Below, piece after piece: positions 1 through 8,632 of a stretch of DNA of 64,000 nucleotides. Source of the stretch: Candidatus Poribacteria bacterium (GTDB lineage Bacteria > Poribacteria > WGA-4E > UBA9662); assembly GCA_046582655.1 (NCBI GenBank), contig JAYGDX010000068.1, positions 77,546 through 141,545 of the forward strand, read 5' to 3'. The first letter of the stretch is position 1; every line of letters begins with the position of its first letter. Below the pieces are notes generated by a model that worked only from the letters and a program-made list of their open reading frames with translations, did no database searches and had not been told where the DNA came from. Both the position numbers and the translations under genes were made by a program.

Positions 1-629
1 AGATTGAGAATTTAGGGCGACGTTCACTTGGTATTCAGGTGGATGTTACCCAACGTCATGCAGTTTTTGAAATGACCAGTGAGATCATGGATAAATTCGG
101 GCGAATTGATATTTTGGTGAATAACGCCGGTGGTGCCTTAGGAAAACCCCAGTCCACAATGGCATCGGATTCGGAGGAGGTGTATTACCAGTACATCATG
201 GATATCAATCTCAACAGTACGATTTTTTGCTGTCAGGCAGTTAGCCAACCAATGAAAGAGGCCGGCTACGGTCGCATTGTGAATATAAGCTCTCAAGCGG
301 GATTGTGGGGTGGTGGTACTGGAGGCGGTATGCCCTACAAAGTGGCAAAGGCTGGGATTGTACAATACACGCGTATCTTGGCTGCAGAATTGGGGCCATA
401 TAGAATCAATGTCAACTGTATGGCCCCAGGTTGGATTCTCTCCTCACGCGCCATTGCGGGCGGTAGAAATAGCGCAGAGAGTCGGCAGAGCCTGGAACCG
501 CAGATTCCGTTGCGACGGTTGGGAACGCCTGAAGATTGCGCAAAAGTGGTTGAGTTTTTGGTAACAGACCTTTCTGCTTATGTGACTGGGCAATGTATAC
601 CGGTTTGTGGAGGATTTGTTGGATTCTAA
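1..629 (+). CDS. SDR family NAD(P)-dependent oxidoreductase (5' truncated by window edge)
   Basis: GRIDILVNNAG, YxxxK (YKVAK), INVNCMAPG and YVTGQ motifs; the frame is open back to position 3 (IENLGRRSLGIQVDVT). Confidence 0.9.
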   Translation, partial: IENLGRRSLGIQVDVTQRHAVFEMTSEIMDKFGRIDILVNNAGGALGKPQSTMASDSEEVYYQYIMDINLNSTIFCCQAVSQPMKEAGYGRIVNISSQAGLWGGGTGGGMPYKVAKAGIVQYTRILAAELGPYRINVNCMAPGWILSSRAIAGGRNSAESRQSLEPQIPLRRLGTPEDCAKVVEFLVTDLSAYVTGQCIPVCGGFVGF

Positions 630-720
630 TTATACATTGATGGTGAACAACCCCATTGCATTGCGTAATACGCAATATGTCCTGTAAAATCTAGTTTTTC
701 ATGGGCCCGCACTAGATATT

Positions 721-751
721 GAAATTCTTGGGCGGTGCGTCCAAGAATTTC
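721..751. terminator. Hairpin between convergent genes, possible terminator
   Basis: Perfect 11-bp inverted repeat gaaattcttgg / ccaagaatttc; no clear U-tract. Confidence 0.35.
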
Positions 752-929
752 GGGACTGCTGCCGTCGTCGCGTGGGTCACGCCGCTTGCCAAGTGGGACT
801 TGAACAGGTCACTAGGTATGGGCTATGACCTACACTCCTTGTTTCTCCGCAGCCCACACACCATGTGGCTGAGATTTACGCTGCAGAATGCAGTTTTTTG
901 ATGGAGGCTTCCAGAGGTACAATGTCCTA

Positions 930-2450
930 TCAAGAGTCTTGAGCTAGCATGGCAGCTGTTCTTTCCTCGATCTCGAGTGGGGAATCTCGTCGGCCAAGTG
1001 CGAGCGCACCAAAGATCAACAGCTCCGTACAACGCAGAAATATCCAGTTGTTGGTGTGTTGTCCTCTCATGGGTAATGTCGCCCACGGGAAGCCGAAAAA
1101 GACGAAGTTGAGTGAATAGTAAACGAGGGCGCTAAGAATTAACCCTTGGCGCGCGAAGGTCCGTCCGCCTTTCTCGAAGCAAAACGCGGCGAGGGTCATT
1201 ATTCCCAAAGGGAGGATGATCAAAAGGAACCGGTCCGTGTAGAAGTGTACATTGTCAGTCGTTTTAAGCGTGATCCCGGCAATCGGGAGGGTCAGGAGGG
1301 GAAGCGATAACATGTAAGACCATAGGAACCAGCCCCATGGCGAGTGGAAAGTCCGCGATGGGATCAATTCCCTCGTACCTCTTGACGCCCCAGAGGTAGA
1401 GCAGGAAGGTGTGTACTACGATAAGAGTCCATTCAGCTGTCAGAGGGATCTCCGCCTCGTCGCCCGTATCTCCTCGGGCGACCAGCTTACGGTTAAGCCA
1501 GAGTCCGAGCCCGAGCACAAAGCCCAAGACGAGACCGAAGGTCGTCTCCATCATGTTCCACCAGTTCCAACCCATAAGGCTGAAGAATTTCTCGGGAAAG
1601 ATGCCGGGCAGTGACTTGTGTAGTGACAGATCGAATTCGGTGAGCCAGCCCGGAGTCCAGGAATGCTTGGCCCGAAGGCTTTGTCCGAGGGTGAAACCGA
1701 GACCACCCGCCAGCACACCGAAAAAGGCCATGTTGCGAGCCAACTTGTCTTTCTTGATAAACCCTATGTAAGCGACTAGACACGTAAAAGCAACAAGGAG
1801 ACCACCCTAGCACTCACGACGCGGTTTCATCTCGAGGTTATCCGGCTCCCATTTCCAGTGGTCCGAGAAGTAGATCCATGGGAGGACCCGATCCGGCGAA
1901 CCGACCTCCGGAACGTAAGGGCGGTTGAGTAGTTGGATCCCGACGAATGCGAACACTATTAACGCAGCGTAAAGTCCAAGCATTTCTCTCCACCGGTATT
2001 TCTTACCTCCCAGGCCAATACCGAGAAACGCCCCGCCAAAACCGACCCAAAGCCCACCCTTGATGAAAAGCCCGATCATGCCCAGCGGTACGCATCGTAG
2101 TTTCCTACCAAGGGAGTGTCGTGAGTTAGCCCAACGGTCTGTCCGTAGGTCATCGTGCCACCGAACGAGAAGGCAATGGCAGTCAAAGCTACAGCTCTTG
2201 CGGCGTGGAGTGAAGTCGATCGCCTGCAGAAAAGAAAGACGAGAGTGAAGGCCACCAGGACGCCTGGCACCATCACCCCCCACTCGTGTCCATACTGTCC
2301 TCGTATGCCCCAGCCCATGCCACCGGCAGCCGCTCCCATCAGTGGCGCAGCGAAAAACAACACGAGGGACGAGGCCGTATTTTCTTCGATGCCAGTGTCG
2401 TGAGGCTTTGGGTTCAGGCCTCTCGTCATCGTGTTCCTTCTAAAGATCAT
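930..2450 (-). pseudogene. Disrupted polytopic membrane protein of unknown function
   Basis: Four hydrophobic ORF pieces (2076-2450, 1807-2283, 1264-1743, 930-1367) join into one protein through a frameshift near 2085, an in-frame TAG at 1807-1809 (RREC*GGLLV, likely former TGG) and a frameshift near 1320. Confidence 0.75.
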
Positions 2451-2631
2451 TGTGTTTGGAGCCTGCTAAAAGGTTATCAATATCATTTCGGTCTATTTCC
2501 GTCATTCTCAATCCCTTTGCTGTGGTTGTGTTTTGGCAACCTGCCCACAAATTATGGAAAGGTTAATCGGTTCGCATTATCGGGTTTCCTTTCAGATGCT
2601 TACTGATTCTAGCAAAAACATCAACTGCCGT

Positions 2632-2677
2632 AAAGTAACAACCCTCAACTTCCTATTCTTTTGAGGGTTTCTACTTT
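2632..2677. terminator. Imperfect inverted repeat, possible terminator
   Basis: aaagtaacaaccctcaa ... ttgagggtttctacttt, 17-bp arms with 2 mismatches. Confidence 0.3.
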
Positions 2678-2953
2678 GTCCCGAATAACTGAAACTGAAG
2701 GTTCAACCAATGACGTGGACGTGGTTGTCCTCGGTCGGTCGACTTCTAGGAGATTAAGGAGGAATTTGGGCACATCCGATAAAACTTATGGATGGGTTCC
2801 AGTACGTACATTTTGGAAACATACCATATTTTGAAAAATGTGATACCGTAGATTGGCCAACCTGCCGCTGATCTTGGTATCTTAAATTTGATATAAAGGG
2901 AATTCAAAACGTGGATTCGCCTGATTACACAATTATAGTCTTGCATGATTAAC

Positions 2954-5008
2954 TTAGATCAGCCCGTGATAACGTCCCATCCAATAAGGTAGGAGGAAAA
3001 TCGTTGGGTCTTCTTCTGCTCTACCTCCACCAGCGTAATCCAGAGAGTAAGGATTGCCATTCCATTTCATCATGCGTCGTTCATCGGCAGGGAGTGGAAT
3101 AACTGATTGGATCTCTTTGACACCTGGTTCTTCGGTTGCAATTTCAATGTCGGCTCGGTGGCTATTAATGACTGTCCAGCATATCAGATCCATTGGGATG
3201 CGTTGCAAGCTATCAATTGATTGTTGGTGATGGTAATGGTTGCCCGTTAATGCCCCGTAAGCCAAATTCCAAAGTGGATTGCGTTCCGCACTTATAATCT
3301 GCCAACTCTGCTGAAAACCAAGCAGGTAAATCGACCGCAAATCTGGATCTTTTTCATACTTTAGGAGTGGGTAATAGACAACCAACGCCAGTTCATCATC
3401 AGAGTGGTTAGTTGGATCCGGTGCAGTTAACTTTTGATCAATTGAGTTGAGTGCGTAGTGGTGTTGGTGAATTAAGTGGAGGTAGGCTTGATGAAACTTT
3501 TGGTCGTCTGTAATATGATGTGCGGTTTTGAGCATCGATAAAATTTCTAGCGAATTAAGATTACGTTGCAGTTTCCATTCACCATTAAGCATTCTTGGAG
3601 ACCATACTCCCCAAGTAGTATGTTGTCCGTCCAAATCAATTAACAGAAAATCATTGTCAACAATATACGTCATAATTCGGTGGACAACTTCGGCGATATT
3701 TTTCTTCTCTGTCTCGTCAGCCACCAAATCATAGTAGATTGAGTAAGCGAATAGATGACCATCAAGTTCGTCTGAACTGGTATCTCCTTTCCATTCATAC
3801 AATCCATCTTCTGTGTCGTGCCATTCGCCATGTGATTTATCGACTGGTTCTCCTTTTTGAATTATCGCGCGTGCTGGAAACCCGTCAATGGGAGTAATCG
3901 ATTCAAGTTGGATTATGGCCTCCATCGACCTGCGGGCGAGTTCTTTAGCCGAGGGCTGGCCTGTAGCTGCATAACGAAAACTCTGGGCTGCAACATAGAG
4001 CGATGTCCAAAGCCCATCATTATCTGAAGCTTGATACATATAGCTACTTAGATCCCCCGGTATCTTGAGATTACAAGAAGTAATATAACCTCGTCGATCA
4101 TGGCGGGCGAGGACTATCTTCTCTAAAGCTTCAGCTTTTCGTTCTAGCGTATACTTTCTTTTTTCAATTTGGCTAATCCCTTCGGAGGTTGCTATAAAAG
4201 CCGTACTATCATCTTGAATAGAGATCGCGTTGACATAGTCATCAGGCAGCCATCGTTTCGAATGAAAGTATTCCCACTTCCCATTATCCCACAATATGGC
4301 ACCCAGAGTGGTGCCGATCCAGCGTTGACCGTACGGACCAAGCCTAATTTTGATGACATCTTCGTATGGCAAGCCGCTTTTGCTTCCGTTAATGAGATAC
4401 CATTCTGTTTGACGATCAAAAACAATGACTCCCGCATCCGATCCAATCCAGAGATGACCATGTCGGTCGATTTCGATACACTGAAGATTGTTACTAGGTA
4501 AACCGGAATTCTGCTGGCTAAATAATACTGCTTCTCCATCGCAGCAGCATATTAGACCATTATCGGTTGCCAGCCAAATTCGCCTATCATTATCAATGGC
4601 CATGCCTTGGATGTTATATTCGGTAAGTTCCTTATCAAAATGATGCCAGGTACCATCTAGCATGCGGTAATAGATTTTATTTGATCCGGATATCCACACT
4701 TGTCTTCGATTATCTTCTGCTATTGTCCGAATACTCTCTGGTATCTCAAGGGCGATTTGGTAGTTTTTGTCAAATAGACGGTGACCGGCAACAGTCCATA
4801 GATCCTGATTGCTATCTACATACAAAATCGAGATGTCAGCTATCTCGGCAACTAGCGTCCACTTTACACCGTCGAATTGAGACAGTCCCTTTGAAGTACC
4901 AGCCCAGATACTATTTAGGCTATCAACAACGATTGATCGGACATCATTACTCGGAAGCCCGTTTGTGATTGTATGATTTTTTTGGAATTTTTGCAGGTAT
5001 TCAATCAT
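2954..5008 (-). CDS. Reg_prop-type beta-propeller protein with a C-terminal helical (putative alpha/alpha-barrel hydrolase-like) domain
   Basis: Repeated GLPSNxVxxIxxD...WxGTxxG blades in the N-terminal half; acidic motifs DNDGLWTSLY, DTSSDE, NHSDDEL in the C-terminal half. Confidence 0.7.
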   Translation of the reverse strand: MIEYLQKFQKNHTITNGLPSNDVRSIVVDSLNSIWAGTSKGLSQFDGVKWTLVAEIADISILYVDSNQDLWTVAGHRLFDKNYQIALEIPESIRTIAEDNRRQVWISGSNKIYYRMLDGTWHHFDKELTEYNIQGMAIDNDRRIWLATDNGLICCCDGEAVLFSQQNSGLPSNNLQCIEIDRHGHLWIGSDAGVIVFDRQTEWYLINGSKSGLPYEDVIKIRLGPYGQRWIGTTLGAILWDNGKWEYFHSKRWLPDDYVNAISIQDDSTAFIATSEGISQIEKRKYTLERKAEALEKIVLARHDRRGYITSCNLKIPGDLSSYMYQASDNDGLWTSLYVAAQSFRYAATGQPSAKELARRSMEAIIQLESITPIDGFPARAIIQKGEPVDKSHGEWHDTEDGLYEWKGDTSSDELDGHLFAYSIYYDLVADETEKKNIAEVVHRIMTYIVDNDFLLIDLDGQHTTWGVWSPRMLNGEWKLQRNLNSLEILSMLKTAHHITDDQKFHQAYLHLIHQHHYALNSIDQKLTAPDPTNHSDDELALVVYYPLLKYEKDPDLRSIYLLGFQQSWQIISAERNPLWNLAYGALTGNHYHHQQSIDSLQRIPMDLICWTVINSHRADIEIATEEPGVKEIQSVIPLPADERRMMKWNGNPYSLDYAGGGRAEEDPTIFLLPYWMGRYHGLI

Positions 5009-5239
5009 TGGGTTTTCTTTTCTAAATTCTTGGTAGGCTTTCCAAATTAAGTCTAATCATCATACATAATCCAATCAAAGGAATCAAGTTGACACAATAA
5101 CCTGATGATATTTATCTGTTGTCTTTAATCTTAGCAGAAAGATTGTGAAATTTCGAATCTGTGGGAGTTTTTATGCTGTAACCAAGCCCATGTTTAAAGT
5201 ATAATAACCTTAAGTTGTATACTATAATTCAGATCTAGG

Positions 5240-6031
5240 ATGATAATTATGTTTAGAAACCATTTATTGTTAATAGCAATTGTAACCATTGCATTTTTGA
5301 CAGTCTCAATTTCTCAGGTTGCAAATGGACAAGAGTTCGTCACCGATGGATTAGTCCTTTATTACTCTTTCGATAAGGATACTGTGACAAAGAACAAGGT
5401 AACAGATTTGTCTGGAGAAGGTAATGACGGCAAGATTGAAGGAAAGTTAAAGTCCATCGACGGACCACCGAAAGGGGATTTTGGTCAAGCCTTTGAATAT
5501 GTGGGTGATGCCGATTGCTACGTTGAAATTCCAGCACTTGGAGATTGGGAACAGGTTTCTATCGAATGTTGGGCGATGGAAAACTCGTTTGGCGGCATTC
5601 AAGGAATTGTCTCCACTTGGATGTGGGAGCCGGGTAAAGTCCACTTCAAATTTGAAGGTAACCAGATACAGGTTCATAAAAATGACGGCGTTAAGATCAG
5701 CATGAATGCTGAAGCAGAAAAATGGTATCATATCATTTACACTTCGGATCCCAAAGATGGTGGTGCAAAAAGTCTAAAGCTCTACGTAGATGGCGAATTG
5801 ATTCAAGAAGGCGCTGCGGGAAAAGCCCCTGAAAACATGAAGGAACGCAGAGTGGGCAGCGAACACAACGGAAGGTTTCTAATTGGGGCGATTGACGAAG
5901 TTCGGATCTACGACCGAATTTTGGAAGAGAAGGAAGTCAAACAGAATTCCGAAATCAAGTCCAACAACATGCCGGTGGACCCGTTGGATAAACTGACGAC
6001 CTCTTGGGGATATCTCAAATCTCGTATGTAG
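5240..6031 (+). CDS. Secreted LamG-like (concanavalin A jellyroll) domain protein
   Basis: Signal peptide; VTDGLVLYYSFD, KWYHI, LYVDG, GAIDEVRIYDRIL motifs; C-terminal VDPLDKLTTSWGYLK. Confidence 0.85.
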   Translation: MIIMFRNHLLLIAIVTIAFLTVSISQVANGQEFVTDGLVLYYSFDKDTVTKNKVTDLSGEGNDGKIEGKLKSIDGPPKGDFGQAFEYVGDADCYVEIPALGDWEQVSIECWAMENSFGGIQGIVSTWMWEPGKVHFKFEGNQIQVHKNDGVKISMNAEAEKWYHIIYTSDPKDGGAKSLKLYVDGELIQEGAAGKAPENMKERRVGSEHNGRFLIGAIDEVRIYDRILEEKEVKQNSEIKSNNMPVDPLDKLTTSWGYLKSRM

Positions 6032-7310
6032 CCTGTTGATCCAATCCTGCTAGTACGTCAAAGAAAGTGGGAAAAGTCTTATTAACACAACCTGGATTCT
6101 TAATTTTGATTCCGGGTTTTTTAATGCCGATTAATGAGAAACTCATCGCCATTCGGTGATCATTATAAGTGTCAATTTCGGCTGGTTGGATCTCTGATAC
6201 TGGCTCAATTTCAATCGCGTCATCGTATTCGGTGACGCTGACACCGAGTTTTCGCAACTCGGTTACCACTGCGTGGATGCGGTCGGTTTCCTGCCAGCGG
6301 ATATGTTCAATGTTTCGGATGGTTGTTTTTCCCTCAGCAAACGGGGCGATTGCTGCCAACGTAAGTGATGTATCCGAGATTTCGCTCATGTCTACATCAA
6401 CACCTGTCAGTCTTTCTGTTCCAACAACTTCAATTGCCCTGTTTTTTGAAATGACTTGGCACCCCATCTGTTGGAGAATATTAACAAAGTGTATGTCCCC
6501 CTGCACGGAATTAAGGCTTAAATTCTCCAGGCGAACCCTTCCACCAGTGACTGCCGCCAAGGCAAAAAAATAGGATGCATTCGATGCGTCCGGTTCGATC
6601 TGATAGTTCCGTGGTTTATAGGTCTGACTGCCATAGACCTTAAATGAATGATAGTCTTCGTTGATAACGTCTGCTCCAAACGCGCGCATGACCGAAATGG
6701 TAATGTCGATATACGGTTTTGAAATCAGATTGCCTTCAAGCTCGATTTCTATGCCAAGTTGGGTAACTGGAGCAATCATCAACAACGAAGTTAGAAACTG
6801 GCTACTTTTGTTGGCGCTGAGACGGGTTTTTCCCCCTCTGAGTTTTTTGGCATCAACAATTAGGGGGAAGCGGTCATTATTCAACTCTGATCGAACTTCA
6901 ACCCCAAGTTGTCTAAGAGCATCCAGTAAATCTCCGATTGGACGGCTCTCACGCATTGGTGGGTCTCCGTCAATACGAAATCTACCATTTCCCAAAGCAA
7001 CGTAACTGACAAGCGGACGTGCGGCAGTTCCAGCGTTGCCGATGTATAGATCCGCCTGACTGACCGGAATATTACCACCGTTGCCTACCACCTCAAAAGT
7101 ACAGTTTTCTGGATCTGCTAAAATTGATACGCCTAACTTTCGAAGCGAATCGACCATGCAATCCGTATCGTCGCTAAACAATGCACCAGACAAGTGTGAT
7201 TTGCCATTTGCCAGCGACGCAATCAACAAAGTACGGTTCGTATAACTCTTTGAACCAGGGACCTTTATAGTCACATCAATAGGGTTCTTAATTGGTTTAA
7301 TCTCGACCAT
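6015..7310 (-). CDS. aroA: 3-phosphoshikimate 1-carboxyvinyltransferase (EPSP synthase)
   Basis: PGSKS, GNAGTAAR, SSQF, RWQETDR, DHRMAM, VNKTFP motifs; ATG at 7310 preferred. Confidence 0.95.
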   Translation of the reverse strand: MVEIKPIKNPIDVTIKVPGSKSYTNRTLLIASLANGKSHLSGALFSDDTDCMVDSLRKLGVSILADPENCTFEVVGNGGNIPVSQADLYIGNAGTAARPLVSYVALGNGRFRIDGDPPMRESRPIGDLLDALRQLGVEVRSELNNDRFPLIVDAKKLRGGKTRLSANKSSQFLTSLLMIAPVTQLGIEIELEGNLISKPYIDITISVMRAFGADVINEDYHSFKVYGSQTYKPRNYQIEPDASNASYFFALAAVTGGRVRLENLSLNSVQGDIHFVNILQQMGCQVISKNRAIEVVGTERLTGVDVDMSEISDTSLTLAAIAPFAEGKTTIRNIEHIRWQETDRIHAVVTELRKLGVSVTEYDDAIEIEPVSEIQPAEIDTYNDHRMAMSFSLIGIKKPGIKIKNPGCVNKTFPTFFDVLAGLDQQATYEI

Positions 7311-7743
7311 GTTCTTCACTCTCAAAGTAAATTGGATCAGGTTTTACCCATTCTTCTTCACCATCCAGCCAGACTTCACGTTTCCAGATTGGGACGATCT
7401 GTTTTAGCCGATCCATAGCGTACTTACAAGCTTCAAATCCATCTTTACGATGTGGGGATGCAACCGCCACGGCTACACTGACTTCACCTATTTCCAGACG
7501 ACCGACACGGTGCAAAATGGCAACCTGTCCGATTCCCCATTCCTCTCGGATCTCATCGGCAATATCAGCCATTTTCTTTTCTGCCATAGGGATATAGGCT
7601 TCATATTCAAGGTAAGCAGTCTGACGACCTCCCGTATTGTTCCGGACTGTTCCAAGAAAGGTAACAATCGCTCCGGCATCGTCGGCTTCGACAGATTGAA
7701 TGACGTCGTCTGCAGTAATCGCTTGTTCAGTAATCTTAAACAT
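7297..7743 (-). CDS. moaE: Molybdopterin synthase catalytic subunit
   Basis: GAIVTFLGTVR, LEYEAY, HRVGRL, SPHR, VPIWKRE motifs. Confidence 0.95.
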   Translation of the reverse strand: MFKITEQAITADDVIQSVEADDAGAIVTFLGTVRNNTGGRQTAYLEYEAYIPMAEKKMADIADEIREEWGIGQVAILHRVGRLEIGEVSVAVAVASPHRKDGFEACKYAMDRLKQIVPIWKREVWLDGEEEWVKPDPIYFESEEHGRD

Positions 7744-7962
7744 TCTTTCCTCCCAACATCTATGATCTTGCCTGATATGGAGATGAAATGTCGATAAACT
7801 CCATATCCATCAGCGGCTGATTTAACGCATAATTTTCTGAAATATCAGACATTTTTCGCCCAGGTTGGTTGAGAATGCTACCTGCATTATGATAATATTT
7901 CTAGCATAAATAGTTTTACCTTCAACAATAATCAGTTAATTCTCTTGAGGATTGTTATCAGA

Positions 7963-8631
7963 ATGTGTGGCCGTTTTACATTCGTTGCTGATCAGGCAAC
8001 TTTAACCGAGACTTTCCCCCAATTCAAATTTTCCGGTTATTATTATGCCCCTCGGTATAATATCGCGCCGTCGCAGCCAGTTCCTGTTGTCGCCAACACA
8101 GGTGGTTCTGAAGTTGAGTGCTTTCATTGGGGATTGATCCCGCATTGGGCCAAGGATCACAAAATTGGTTCCAAAATGATTAATGCCCGATCTGAAACTC
8201 TCGCGGAAAAACCTTCTTTCCGAATTCCTTATCGACACCGGCGTTGTTTAATACTCACCGATGGCTTTTACGAGTGGAAGAAGAACGAAGACGGCAGCAA
8301 AACACCGATGTATATTCAAACGGCATCACGCACACCTTTTGCCTTTGCTGGGTTGTGGGAAAACTGGACGCCACCCGGAGGCAATCCAATTCGATCTTGT
8401 ACTATCATTACCACAAGCGCCAACGCATTCATGTCGGAGGTTCACCATCGAATGCCGGTGATTCTTGATGTCGAGGATTTCGATCAGTGGCTTACACCTG
8501 AAGAAAAACCAGCAGACCAACTGCGGGGTCTGTTGAGACCATACGAATCGGGCAACTTGGTTGGGCATCAAGTGTCGCCATACGTCAATTCACCCAAAAA
8601 CGATTCTTCTGACTGTATCCTGCCAATCTAG
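7963..8631 (+). CDS. SOS response-associated peptidase (SRAP/YedK/HMCES family, abasic-site processing)
   Basis: Starts MCGRF (catalytic Cys2) at ATG 7963; RYNIAP, WGLIP, INARSET, GFYEW, HHRMPVIL. Confidence 0.92.
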   Translation: MCGRFTFVADQATLTETFPQFKFSGYYYAPRYNIAPSQPVPVVANTGGSEVECFHWGLIPHWAKDHKIGSKMINARSETLAEKPSFRIPYRHRRCLILTDGFYEWKKNEDGSKTPMYIQTASRTPFAFAGLWENWTPPGGNPIRSCTIITTSANAFMSEVHHRMPVILDVEDFDQWLTPEEKPADQLRGLLRPYESGNLVGHQVSPYVNSPKNDSSDCILPI

Positions 8632-8632
8632 C

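Noticed and set aside
2746..2946. 66-aa minus-strand ORF right after the propeller gene
   Set aside because: No recognisable motif or RBS; it could be a remnant but cannot be supported
7774..7807. 9-bp inverted repeat (gatatggag/ctccatatc) upstream of moaE as a possible Moco riboswitch
   Set aside because: It is a single hairpin and I could not see the multi-stem Moco motif; an Rfam scan would be needed
7945..7962. ORF-track TTG start of the SRAP gene
   Set aside because: The family requires an N-terminal Met-Cys-Gly-Arg, so ATG 7963 is used
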